From positions 8,809-72,808 of the forward strand of contig CAZWZL010000005.1 of the NCBI GenBank assembly GCA_964638515.1: DNA of 64,000 nucleotides. Reading direction: 5' to 3'. The notes below the pieces were generated by a model. That model was given only the letters and a program-made list of their open reading frames with translations, did no database searches and had not been told where the DNA came from. Made by a program: the position numbers and the translations under genes. This DNA comes from an uncultured Phycisphaeraceae bacterium. Lineage in GTDB: Bacteria; Planctomycetota; Phycisphaerae; Phycisphaerales; UBA1924. Below are positions 11,308 through 20,029 of the stretch, piece after piece; within the stretch, counting starts at the first letter, position 1, and each line of letters opens with the position of its first letter.

Positions 11308-11335
11308 ATTCTCCCTGCCCATCTTCGGTTGTCAA
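11308..11335 (-). promoter_or_regulatory. Sigma70-like promoter candidate for the lysW leader/operon
   Basis: Minus strand TTGACA (11335-11330), 16-nt spacer, GAGAAT (11313-11308). The predicted transcription start lies within a few nt of the small-ORF ATG, giving a near-leaderless transcript. Confidence 0.35.
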
Positions 11336-11460
11336 GCGGCTCCTCTCCAGCGTGCGGAACCCTGCTAGGGTGATCCCGAACAAATGCGGCTCGCGGACCG
11401 TCCGCGGGACGCGGGGCGCCGGGGCGCGATGCCGGAGCCCGCCAGGAAGGAGGCTTGCGG

Positions 11461-12021
11461 ATGTCCATATTCGTTTTCGCCGGCGTTGTGCTCGTGCTCG
11501 CGGTGTTCGTGATCGGCATCTACAACCGGCTGGTGCGTTTTCGCATCCATTGCGACAACGGCTGGGCCCAGGTCGACGTTCAGCTGAAGCGTCGGTACGA
11601 CCTCATTCCGAACCTCGTGGAGACGGTGAAGGGCTACGCCGGTCACGAGCGGGAGACGCTGGAGGGCGTGATCGCGGCCCGGAATCGCGCTGTGGACGCG
11701 TCTGGCGTCAAGCAGCAGGCTGAGGCTGAGAACATGCTGACGCAGGCGCTCGGGCGGCTCTTCGCGCTGTCGGAGGCCTATCCGGACCTGAAGGCGAATC
11801 AGAACTTCGCGGGGCTGCAGGAGGAATTGTCCTCCACGGAGAACAAGATCGGGTTCTCGCGCCAGCATTACAACGACTGCGTTGCGCAGTACGACGGCGC
11901 ACGCCAGCAGTTTCCGTCGAACCTGGTCGCCGGGATGTTCGGGTTCGAGGCCCGGGAGTATTTCGAGCTTGAGTCTGCCGGTGAACGGGCGGCGCCCAAG
12001 GTCTCGTTCTCCCGCTCGTGA
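11461..12021 (+). CDS. lemA: LemA family membrane protein
   Basis: MSIFVFAGVVLVLAVFVIGIYNRLV...WAQVDVQLKRRYDLIPNLVETVKGYAGHERETL...YPDLKANQNF. ATG 11461 is preceded by GGAAGGAGG. The track start at 11455 is a TTG. Confidence 0.9.
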   Translation: MSIFVFAGVVLVLAVFVIGIYNRLVRFRIHCDNGWAQVDVQLKRRYDLIPNLVETVKGYAGHERETLEGVIAARNRAVDASGVKQQAEAENMLTQALGRLFALSEAYPDLKANQNFAGLQEELSSTENKIGFSRQHYNDCVAQYDGARQQFPSNLVAGMFGFEAREYFELESAGERAAPKVSFSRS

Positions 12022-13073
12022 GCGCGGCCCCATCCATGGCGAGCGCGGTGCACGCGGAGCGGGAGGCGCTCCGCGCGTACCCCCCCACCGTCACGTACCG
12101 CGACCTGATCGCCTCCAACAAGCGCCGCAGTGCGCTGCTGATGGTGTTGTTGGTGGCGATTCTCGTGACGCTGGGAGGGCTGATCGCGGCCGCTGTCGGC
12201 CCCGCGGTCGCTTCCGTCGAGTCATCGGGCGGAGCGGCTTTCGCGGTGCGCGACCTGGCTCCCTCGGCGCTGCTCGGGGGCGGGGTGGCGCTGCTGCTGG
12301 GCACGCTCGCGTGCGCGTGGTCGTGGTTCGGGGGCGCGAGGGCGATTCTCGGCATGGCCGGGGCCGTGCGCATCGAGAAGCAGGACGACCCGCAGCTCTT
12401 GAACGTGGTGGATGAGCTTCGGCTGGCGGCGGGGCTGCCGATGCCGGCGGTGTATCTGATCCCGTCGAGGGCCATGAACGCGTTTGCGACAGGGCGCGAT
12501 CCGAAGAACGCCGCCGTTGCGATCACCACCACGCTTCGTGAGCAGCTCGATCGTGATGAGCTTTCGGGCGTGATCGCGCACGAGCTGGCGCATGTTCGCC
12601 ACTATGACGTGCGGTTCATGATGCTGATGGCCACGCTGGTGGGCCTGATCGTGTTTCTGTGCGACGTGTTCCTGCGTTCGCTGCGGCACGCGCGATTCCG
12701 AGGGTCGGGCAAGAGCAAGGGCGCGGGGCCGCTGATTCTCGTGGCGCTGGCGCTGGCGATCGTGTTCGCGATCGTCGCGCCGGTCCTGACCGCGTTTATT
12801 CAGTTCGCGATCTCGCGCGAGCGGGAGTATCTCGCGGACGCGGGCGCCGTGGAGCTGACCCGATACCCGGAGGGGCTCGCTTCCGCGTTGCGCAAGCTCG
12901 CGGACGCTTCAACGCCCATCGATCCGGACAAGGCCAACCGCGCCATCGCGCACCTGTACATCGTCAGCCCGCTCCGTCGGGCGATCCGCACGCACGGGGC
13001 CCTTGACAGCGTGTTCTCCACGCATCCGCCCGTGGAGAAACGCATTGCGCGGCTGATGGCGCTCACCCGCTGA
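12018..13073 (+). CDS. htpX: M48-family Zn-metallopeptidase (HtpX-like), coupled to lemA
   Basis: 351 aa. HELAHVRHYD (HExxH), several TM helices, C-terminal STHPPVEKRI. GTGA overlap with the lemA stop. An alternative ATG lies at 12036. Confidence 0.85.
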   Translation: MSAAPSMASAVHAEREALRAYPPTVTYRDLIASNKRRSALLMVLLVAILVTLGGLIAAAVGPAVASVESSGGAAFAVRDLAPSALLGGGVALLLGTLACAWSWFGGARAILGMAGAVRIEKQDDPQLLNVVDELRLAAGLPMPAVYLIPSRAMNAFATGRDPKNAAVAITTTLREQLDRDELSGVIAHELAHVRHYDVRFMMLMATLVGLIVFLCDVFLRSLRHARFRGSGKSKGAGPLILVALALAIVFAIVAPVLTAFIQFAISREREYLADAGAVELTRYPEGLASALRKLADASTPIDPDKANRAIAHLYIVSPLRRAIRTHGALDSVFSTHPPVEKRIARLMALTR

Positions 13074-13075
13074 GG

Positions 13076-13237
13076 CTATTCGCGTTCGTGGTCGGTGCGC
13101 TTGATGGTCAGCGCGACGCGAGTTCCGGCGCGCTTTCGACGCGGCCAGAGGCCTCGGAGGATCCACAGCGCCGCCCCGAGCGCCGCGAGCGTTGCGACCC
13201 AGAACTGCCAGTCGTTCCAAGGGATGGCGGCCGCCAT
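13076..13237 (-). CDS. Small single-pass membrane protein located immediately after feoB
   Basis: MAAAIPWNDWQFWVATLAALGAALWILRGLWPRRKRAGTRVALTIKRTDHERE. The ATG at 13237 lies one nt after the feoB TGA. One TM helix plus a basic tail, with no Cys motif. Confidence 0.45.
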   Translation of the reverse strand: MAAAIPWNDWQFWVATLAALGAALWILRGLWPRRKRAGTRVALTIKRTDHERE

Positions 13238-13238
13238 G

Positions 13239-15221
13239 TCAGGGCATCCCCGCGAGGCCGAGCCCCTGGTAGGCAATCAGGGCGGCGAGATAGGCCAGAC
13301 CGGACATCCATGCGAGCTGGAGCATCGCCCAGCGCCAGCCTCCGGATTCCTTGGCGGTCACGACGAGTGTCGGGAGACACTGCATGGCAAGCACGTAGTA
13401 GATGAGGAGCGACCAGCAGGTGCGCTGCGTGAAGATGGGGCGGCCGTCGTCACGACGCGCGTTGCCGATGCCTTCGACGAGGCCGGCTTCATTCTCCGGC
13501 TCGGCGCCTTGCGTCACCACGGCCATGGTGGAGACGAACACTTCCCGCGCCGCGAACGAGGCGAGGATGCCGATGGAGAGTTGCCGGTCATACCCCAGCG
13601 GCGCGAGCACCGGTTCGGCGATGGCGCCAAGGCGACCGATGAACGATCGGCGCGCGGCGTGCTGGTGCTGGAGGCGGTCGGCCTCGTTGAGGAGCGATTG
13701 GAACTCCTCGCCTTCGCTTGAGGCCATTGCGGCGGCTTGCTCTCGCAGGCGCATCGCGTCGGGAGGCGGACTGACGCTCGGGTATGCGCTAAGCCACCAG
13801 AGCAGCACGGAGATGGCCAGGATGTTCGTGCCGGCCTTCTTGAGAAACACGAGACCGCGGTCGTACATGGTGACGAAAGCGGTGCGGACGCTGGGGGTCT
13901 TGTACGAGGGAAGTTCGAGCGCCATCGGCGTAGCTTGCCCTCGCGCCACGGTTCGACGGGCGACGAATGCGCTGAGGACGCCGGCCGCGGCGCCGAGGAC
14001 GTAGCACGAGGCGAAGGCGAGCGCCTGCTTAGCTGGGCTGTCGCGGAACAACAGCGTGCAGAGGAGCACGTAGACGGGGATGCGGGCCGAGCAACTCATG
14101 AAGGGGGCAACGAGGATGGCGGCGAGTCGCTCGCGTCGATCGGGGATGCCTCGGCACGACATGATTCCCGGCAGCGCGCAGGCGTGAGAACTCAGCAGCG
14201 GAACGAAAGCATGACCAGAGAGCCCGAAGGGGCGGAGCCATCGATCGGTGACGAATGCCGCGCGGGCGAGGTAGCCGGTTCCTTCAAGGATGGAGATCAG
14301 GAAGAAGAGCAGGCAGATCTGGGGCAGAAACACTGCCGTGGCGCCGACTCCGGGGATGACGCCGCCGGAGATAAGTTCGGCCAGAACGCCGGGCGGCATG
14401 GCGCGTTCGGCGAGCGAGGCGAGGCTCGCGAATCCGACATCGATCCAGTCCATCGGCCAGGCCGCGAGCCTGAACACGCCGTAGAAGAGGGCGGTCATGG
14501 TGATCGCAAATGCCATGAGCCCGAGCGCCGGGTGGGTAAGGACGCGGTCGACGCGATCGGTCCATGCGTCCTCTCTTCGAGCCGCTTCGAGCGAGCGGAC
14601 ACGCACGCATTCTCGAGCGACGTCTTCGGCCCACGCCGCGAGCGCGGCCTCGCCCTGGGGAGGGCGCTCGGCCGGGGGTTTTGCGCGCTCGACGTGCTCG
14701 AGCAGTGAAGAGAGCCCCGAGCCTGTTCGAGCGCAGACGAGCGCCACGTCGCAGGAGAGTCGGCGGGCGAGGGCGTCGGCGTCGATGTGCACGCCGCGGC
14801 GATCGGCGAGATCGATCATGTTGACCGCCAGCACCGTGGGAACCCCTCGGCGCAGCACCTCGCCGGCGAGCGTCAGGTTGCGCGCGAGATTGGTCGCATC
14901 GGCCACGACGATGGCGACATCGGGGGGGCGGCGTTCGTCGCCTTCGGGAGCGGCGGACCCGTCGAGCGCTCTGCGGCAGAGCGCGGCTTCGAACTGATCA
15001 AGATCGATGGAGTAGACGCCGGGAAGGTCGATGAGGTCAGCCCAGCGTCCGGAGTCGCGCACGCGGAGCCGACCGACGCGGGCTTCCTGAGTGGTGCCGG
15101 GGAAGTTACTGGTCTTATGGTTGAGGCCGGTGAGTTGATTGAAGAGTGTCGTTTTGCCGGTGTTGGGGTTGCCCAACAGCGCCACTCGGAGTGTGCCGAG
15201 GGTGACCGGAGCCGCGTGCAT
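13239..15221 (-). CDS. feoB: Ferrous iron transporter FeoB (GTPase plus permease)
   Basis: Real part of track ORF 13239..15407, from ATG 15221: MHAAPVTLGTLRVALLGNPNTGKTTLFNQLTG..NFPGTT..DLPG (G1-G3 motifs), followed by a polytopic membrane domain. 660 aa. Confidence 0.9.
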   Translation of the reverse strand: MHAAPVTLGTLRVALLGNPNTGKTTLFNQLTGLNHKTSNFPGTTQEARVGRLRVRDSGRWADLIDLPGVYSIDLDQFEAALCRRALDGSAAPEGDERRPPDVAIVVADATNLARNLTLAGEVLRRGVPTVLAVNMIDLADRRGVHIDADALARRLSCDVALVCARTGSGLSSLLEHVERAKPPAERPPQGEAALAAWAEDVARECVRVRSLEAARREDAWTDRVDRVLTHPALGLMAFAITMTALFYGVFRLAAWPMDWIDVGFASLASLAERAMPPGVLAELISGGVIPGVGATAVFLPQICLLFFLISILEGTGYLARAAFVTDRWLRPFGLSGHAFVPLLSSHACALPGIMSCRGIPDRRERLAAILVAPFMSCSARIPVYVLLCTLLFRDSPAKQALAFASCYVLGAAAGVLSAFVARRTVARGQATPMALELPSYKTPSVRTAFVTMYDRGLVFLKKAGTNILAISVLLWWLSAYPSVSPPPDAMRLREQAAAMASSEGEEFQSLLNEADRLQHQHAARRSFIGRLGAIAEPVLAPLGYDRQLSIGILASFAAREVFVSTMAVVTQGAEPENEAGLVEGIGNARRDDGRPIFTQRTCWSLLIYYVLAMQCLPTLVVTAKESGGWRWAMLQLAWMSGLAYLAALIAYQGLGLAGMP

Positions 15222-15225
15222 GGAC

Positions 15226-15558
15226 TCAGGCCTCGCCGCCGCCCGGGGCGGAGACGAGCACATTCTCCGCCAGCGAGCGTGCAAGCCCGATGCGGCAGGA
15301 CATGCCGCACGCGCTGCCGATTTCGACAATGCAGGGCTCGCCCGTGCGGCACACTCGAACGCTTGCGCTGGGGCGGAGGCCCATGGCTCGCAGGGTCGCA
15401 GCGCCATCGGCGGTGACCCGGGCTTCGCACACGACGGCCCGCTCGCCCACCCGCAGCTGCGCGAGAGATCGGCCCCGCAAATGAGTCGCCTCAGAAGGCG
15501 AATTGGCCGGGGTCTGAGCGACCGGGGCCAGCGAGATGATTGGTGCGAGCGTGCTCAC
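15226..15558 (-). CDS. feoA: FeoA domain protein (start uncertain)
   Basis: C-terminal end of track ORF 15226..16953: LAQLRVGERAVVCEARVTADGAATLRAMGLRPSASVRVCRTGEPCIVEIGSACGMSCRIGLARSLAENVLV (SH3-like FeoA pattern). Possible starts are GTG 15558 or the internal TTG of HLRGRSL. Confidence 0.65.
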   Translation of the reverse strand: MSTLAPIISLAPVAQTPANSPSEATHLRGRSLAQLRVGERAVVCEARVTADGAATLRAMGLRPSASVRVCRTGEPCIVEIGSACGMSCRIGLARSLAENVLVSAPGGGEA

Positions 15559-15582
15559 TGGGCGTGATCCTACGGTCGTTGA

Positions 15583-15601
15583 GACTGAATCGCAATTCGT
15601 C
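15583..15601. promoter_or_regulatory. Imperfect AT-containing palindrome between argJ and feoA; Fur-box-like candidate
   Basis: gactGAATcGCaATTCgtc, i.e. GAAT-N4-ATTC with 10 of 12 positions symmetric. It sits in the 74-nt argJ-feoA spacer, one of the few A/T-containing stretches locally. Confidence 0.25.
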
Positions 15602-15632
15602 TGAAAACAGGGCGGGACACGCCCCGCGGGCC

Positions 15633-16862
15633 TCAAGTGGAATACGACGAGTTTATCTGAATATAACCCTCGGTGAGGTCGCAGGTGAAGAACTCGTCCT
15701 CCGCCTTTCCGAGGCCCAGATCCGCGCAGATCTCGATCCGGCGTCCGGCGAAAACACGGGCCAGGAGCGGACGGACTCCGTCCACCGGGGCTGCATGCTC
15801 GTACATCACGTTTCGGGATCCGTCGTCCGGACCGACCTCGACACGGAGGCGCGCCATGTCGATCCGGGCATCGGCGCGGCCCACGGCGGCCACGATGCGG
15901 CCCCAGTTGGGATCGCCTCCCGCGATGGCCGTGCGCACGAGCAGGCTCGACGCGACGGTCTGCGCGACGGACGCCGCCATGCCCGCGTCGAGCGCGCGGG
16001 TCGCGCGCACGTGAATGAGCTTGCGAGCGCCTTCGCCGTCGGCGACCACTTGAATGGCCAGCGCGCGGGCCACGGCGGTGACTGCCTGGTCCACCGATCC
16101 GGCGGGGAACTCGCCGGACTCGCCCGAAGCCAGCAGCAGCACGGTGTCGTTCGTTGAGGTGTCGCCATCCACGGTGATGCGATGAAACGAACGATCGCAC
16201 GCGGCTCGCAGGATTTGGTTGAGGCGCGGCGCATCCGCGCGAGCGTCGGTCAGGATCACGGCGAGCATAGTCGCCATGTTCGGGTGGATCATGCCCGAGC
16301 CCTTGGCGATGCCGGCGACGTGCAGCGTGCGCCCTTCGTGCTCGACGCGGATCTCCGCCGTTTTGGTGGATGCGTCGGTGGTGAGGATGCCGCGCGCGGC
16401 GTCCATGAGGCCGCCATCGTGCGCGGCGCGAGCGATCGTTGGAATCGCGGCCTCGATCTTTTCCGAGGGCAGCGTCGATCCGATGAGTCCGGTGGACATG
16501 ACGAGCACCTCGTCGGGGCTGCAGCCCGCGGCGCGGGCCGCGGCGCTCGCTGACTGGCGCGCTCGCGCCATGCCGTCCTCGCCGGTGGCCGCGTTCGCGC
16601 AGCCGGAATTGGTCAGGACGACGCGCGCGCGGCCTCCGGACCGTTTGAGCGCTTCCGCCGTGAGGGTGACCGGCGCGGCGCGGAGGAGATTGGTGGTGAA
16701 CACGCCGGCGGCGGAGGCGCCTTGCGGGCACGCGATCCATGAGAGATCGGGCTTCTTCCCTTCCTTGATGCCGCACCACGTTCCCGTGGCCACGAAGCCA
16801 CGAGGACACGTGGCCGAGCCGGTCGTTGCCTGCAACGTCGGACTCACCAGTCGCACTCCCAT
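15633..16862 (-). CDS. argJ: Glutamate N-acetyltransferase / ornithine acetyltransferase ArgJ
   Basis: Real part of track ORF 15633..17141, from ATG 16862: MGVRLVSPTLQ..CPRGFVATGTWCGIK..GSGMIHPNMATMLAVILTDA (autoprocessing ATML site)..DGDTSTNDT..GDPNWGRI..INSSYST. The start overlaps the argH end by 19 nt. Confidence 0.9.
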   Translation of the reverse strand: MGVRLVSPTLQATTGSATCPRGFVATGTWCGIKEGKKPDLSWIACPQGASAAGVFTTNLLRAAPVTLTAEALKRSGGRARVVLTNSGCANAATGEDGMARARQSASAAARAAGCSPDEVLVMSTGLIGSTLPSEKIEAAIPTIARAAHDGGLMDAARGILTTDASTKTAEIRVEHEGRTLHVAGIAKGSGMIHPNMATMLAVILTDARADAPRLNQILRAACDRSFHRITVDGDTSTNDTVLLLASGESGEFPAGSVDQAVTAVARALAIQVVADGEGARKLIHVRATRALDAGMAASVAQTVASSLLVRTAIAGGDPNWGRIVAAVGRADARIDMARLRVEVGPDDGSRNVMYEHAAPVDGVRPLLARVFAGRRIEICADLGLGKAEDEFFTCDLTEGYIQINSSYST

Positions 16863-18703
16863 GCCATGAACGACCACTTTGCTGCGGACCGATCGCGTCG
16901 CGCCCAGGCGCCCGCGGCCATTTCGCCGAGCGTTGCCGCTTCGACCGGCGCAAAGCCGAGGCGCGCGAAGAACGCCGGCTCGCACGTCAGCACGAAGACG
17001 CGATCCAGCCCGAGCTTTCGACCGTCTTCGCACAGGCGTCGCGCGAGGGCGCTTCCGGCGCCCCGGCCGGTGAACTCGGGATCGACCGCCAAGGACCTGA
17101 TCTCCGCGACGTGATCGGCTCCGACCACGAGCGAGCCGCATCCAACGACGCGCTCCTCACCGGTGGCGCCGCCCCGCACCGCGACCGTGAACTGTCGCAT
17201 GGAGCGCGCCACGTCGGCCTCATCGCGCGCGATGGTCTGCCCGCTGTCCGTCCATGCGTTCACGACGGCCGCGATGCTCTCGGCGTCCCAGGCGCGGGCC
17301 TTTCGGGTGGTGATGGCGTGCGCCTCGGCGAGCGCGGGCGCGAGCCGGGACTCGGCTTCCGCCAGGGCCTTGCGCACGCGGCCTGGGGCCGGCCCGCCGA
17401 CCACGTCGCGTCGAGCGAGCGTTGCCTCGGTCGACAGGCAGTCAATCACATCTCGCTCGATGGCGGGCGCGACGGATCGCAGCTCGTCGAGCGAGAGCCC
17501 TTCGATGGGCGCACCCTGCTGGATCGCCATGCGCACCACGCGCCCCGCGGCGTCGTGGGCGTCTCGGAACGGCATCCCCTTGCGGACGAGGTAATCCGCG
17601 AGTTCGGTGGCGTTGGAATAGCCCCCCGCTGCCGCTTTGGCGCACGCTTCGCTGTCGAAGGACATGCCCTCGGCCACCAAAGCGAGCATTCGCAGGGACA
17701 TCGACGCGGAACGCATCGCGTCGATGACGCCTTCCTTGTCCTCCTGCTGGTCCTTGTTGTAGGCGAGCGGCAGCCCCTTGAGCACCATGAGCAGTCCGAC
17801 GAGCGCGCCGGTGATCCGGCCCGACTTCGCGCGGATCAGCTCCAGCGCGTCCGGGTTCTTCTTCTGCGGCATCAGGGAGGAGCCGGACGACACGGCGTCG
17901 CTGAGACGCACCAGCCCGAATTCGGACGTGGCGTAGAGGATCACATCCTCCGCGAAGCGCGAAAGGTGCACCGCCAAGATCGCGAGCGCGCTGAGTGATT
18001 CGGCGACGAAATCGCGGTCGCTCACCGCATCGAGCGAGTTTGGGGTGGGGCGGTCGAACCCGAGGGCGTCGGCCAGGGCCGCGCGATCGATCGGGTACGC
18101 GGTTCCGGCGAGCGCGCCGGAGCCGAGGGGGCAGACGTTCAGGCGGCGGCGCGCGTCAATGAGTCGTGACGCGTCACGCTCAAGCATTTCGACGTAGGCG
18201 AGCGCCCAATGCGCGACGGACACCGGCTGTCCGCGTTGCAGGTGGGTATATCCGGGCAGGGCCACGGACTCGTGGCGGCGCGCGAGGGCGAGCAGCGCCC
18301 TTTGAGCCGCGTGAATCTCCGCGATCCGGCGCGAGCATTCGGAGCGCGCCCAGAGGCGGAGGTCGGTCGCGACCTGATCGTTGCGTGATCGACCGGTGTG
18401 CAGCTTCTTTCCGAGCGGGCCCACGCGCTCGATAAGCTTCATTTCCACCCACGAGTGCACATCCTCGGCGCCCGACGCGAGCGGCGGCTCCGGCATCTCG
18501 GCGGCTTCGATCGCCAACGATCCGAGCGCGCCGATCAGCCTCGTCGCTTCCTCGCGTGTGAGCACGCCCGCGTCGCGCAGGGCGCCGGCCCATGCGATGG
18601 ATCCGGCGATGTCCTGCGTGACAAGCGTCCAGTCAAACGGCAACGAATCGTTGAACGCGCGGAACAGCGGGTCCGGCGCGCCCTCGAATCGACCTCCCCA
18701 CAT
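16844..18703 (-). CDS. argH: Argininosuccinate lyase fused to a C-terminal GNAT acetyltransferase domain (ArgH(A)-type architecture)
   Basis: Real part of track ORF 16844..19333. Canonical MWGGRFEG start at 18703 (alternative ATG at 18724). TGRSRNDQ, SSLMPQKKNPD. After about aa 462 comes a 150-aa domain with IRSLAVDPEFTGRGAGSALARRL, an acetyl-CoA site of R/QxxGxG/A type. 619 aa in total. Confidence 0.9.
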   Translation of the reverse strand: MWGGRFEGAPDPLFRAFNDSLPFDWTLVTQDIAGSIAWAGALRDAGVLTREEATRLIGALGSLAIEAAEMPEPPLASGAEDVHSWVEMKLIERVGPLGKKLHTGRSRNDQVATDLRLWARSECSRRIAEIHAAQRALLALARRHESVALPGYTHLQRGQPVSVAHWALAYVEMLERDASRLIDARRRLNVCPLGSGALAGTAYPIDRAALADALGFDRPTPNSLDAVSDRDFVAESLSALAILAVHLSRFAEDVILYATSEFGLVRLSDAVSSGSSLMPQKKNPDALELIRAKSGRITGALVGLLMVLKGLPLAYNKDQQEDKEGVIDAMRSASMSLRMLALVAEGMSFDSEACAKAAAGGYSNATELADYLVRKGMPFRDAHDAAGRVVRMAIQQGAPIEGLSLDELRSVAPAIERDVIDCLSTEATLARRDVVGGPAPGRVRKALAEAESRLAPALAEAHAITTRKARAWDAESIAAVVNAWTDSGQTIARDEADVARSMRQFTVAVRGGATGEERVVGCGSLVVGADHVAEIRSLAVDPEFTGRGAGSALARRLCEDGRKLGLDRVFVLTCEPAFFARLGFAPVEAATLGEMAAGAWARRDRSAAKWSFMAWECDW

Positions 18704-18729
18704 CGTGGCGCTGGTGGCGCACATGGCCG

Positions 18730-19950
18730 TCAGCGCGCCCCGCCAGACTTCTTGAGCGCTCGGATGCGGCTGGGAAGGCTCGCCAGCCGGATGAAGCCCT
18801 CGGCGTGCGCCTGGTTGTAGACCTCGTCGCGCCCGAACGTGGCAAACGCCTCGGAGTAGAGGGAGTTTGGGCTCTTGCGACGCGTGGCCGTCGCGCGACC
18901 CTTGTAGAGCTGCACTTCCACTTCGCCCGACAGCGGCTTGGCCATCGCCTGCACGCAGGCCGAGAGCGCCTCGCGGAGCGGCGTGAACCACTTCCCGTCG
19001 TACACAAGTTCGGCAAAGGTCAGGGCGAGATGCTCGCGATAATGCAGCGTGTCTCGATCGAACACCACCTCCTCGAGCGCGCGGAGTGCTTCGACCATCA
19101 CGGTCCCGCCGGGGGTTTCGTAGCAGCCGCGAGACTTCATGCCCACGAGCCGGTTCTCGACGATGTCGATGCGTCCGACGCCGTGCGCGCCGGCGAGCTG
19201 ATTCAGCGTCGCGACGACCGACTCGGGCGCGAGCTCCTTTCCGTTCACGGTCCGAGCGCGCCCCTCGACGAATCCGACGCGCACGTTCTCCGGCTTGTCC
19301 GGCGCGACCTGGGGCGATACGGACATGGTCCACATGTCGTCCGCCGGCGCGTTCCAGAGATCTTCGAGCACCTGCCCCTCATGGGAGATGTGCCACAGGT
19401 TGCGGTCGCGCGAATAGATCTTCTCCTTGCTCGCGCTCGACTTGATGTCGCGCGCGGCGAGGTAGTTCAGCAGGTCTTCGCGCGAGCGAAGATCCCACTC
19501 GCGCCACGGCGCGATCACCCGGAGATCCGGCCCCAGGGCCGCGAACGCGCTCTCGAAGCGCACCTGATCGTTGCCCTTGCCGGTGCAGCCGTGGGCCAAT
19601 GCGTCGGCCCCGACCTTCCTCGCAACATCCACCTGAGCCTTGGCCAGCACGGGCCGGGCGATCGACGTGCCGAGCAGATACTTCCCCTCGTACATCGAGC
19701 CCGCCAGGATCGTCGGAAACACGTAGTCCTCGACAAACTCGCGCCGAAGATCCACGACGTGGCATTCGCTCGCCCCCGAGCGCTTGGCCTTCTCCTCGAT
19801 CCCGGCCAACTCCTCCTCACCCTGCCCGACGTCGCCGACGAACGCGACGACCTCGCTCCCGTACGTTTCGACGAGCCAGGGCATGATGGCGGACGTATCC
19901 AGCCCGCCCGAGTAGGCGAGGACGATCTTCTTGGGGACTTCCCGTTTCAT
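18730..19950 (-). CDS. argG: Argininosuccinate synthase
   Basis: 406 aa. [20 protein letters not shown] (ATP PP-loop), [28 protein letters not shown]. Confidence 0.95.
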   Translation of the reverse strand: MKREVPKKIVLAYSGGLDTSAIMPWLVETYGSEVVAFVGDVGQGEEELAGIEEKAKRSGASECHVVDLRREFVEDYVFPTILAGSMYEGKYLLGTSIARPVLAKAQVDVARKVGADALAHGCTGKGNDQVRFESAFAALGPDLRVIAPWREWDLRSREDLLNYLAARDIKSSASKEKIYSRDRNLWHISHEGQVLEDLWNAPADDMWTMSVSPQVAPDKPENVRVGFVEGRARTVNGKELAPESVVATLNQLAGAHGVGRIDIVENRLVGMKSRGCYETPGGTVMVEALRALEEVVFDRDTLHYREHLALTFAELVYDGKWFTPLREALSACVQAMAKPLSGEVEVQLYKGRATATRRKSPNSLYSEAFATFGRDEVYNQAHAEGFIRLASLPSRIRALKKSGGAR

Positions 19951-20029
19951 CGGCGATATCTCTCCGCGCTCCGGCGGTGCGAACAGTGAAGACGCTCAGT
20001 ATCTCTCAAACCACGTCGGTCCGCGAGCC

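Noticed and set aside
11131-11383. ORFs 11131..11373 (+) and 11153..11383 (-) in the lysW upstream region
   Set aside because: Poor composition and no SD. The region is better explained by a promoter, the 45-codon ORF in another frame, and a hairpin.
13076-13237. Calling the post-feoB small ORF FeoC or a FeoB-associated Cys-rich protein
   Set aside because: It has no cysteines and no winged-helix pattern, so I kept it only as a generic small membrane ORF.
15226-17141. 575-aa and 502-aa ORFs (15226..16953, 15633..17141)
   Set aside because: The first is FeoA plus a long out-of-frame read-through of argJ. The second is ArgJ with a 93-codon artificial extension into argH. Both were trimmed using motif positions and the upstream gene's stop.
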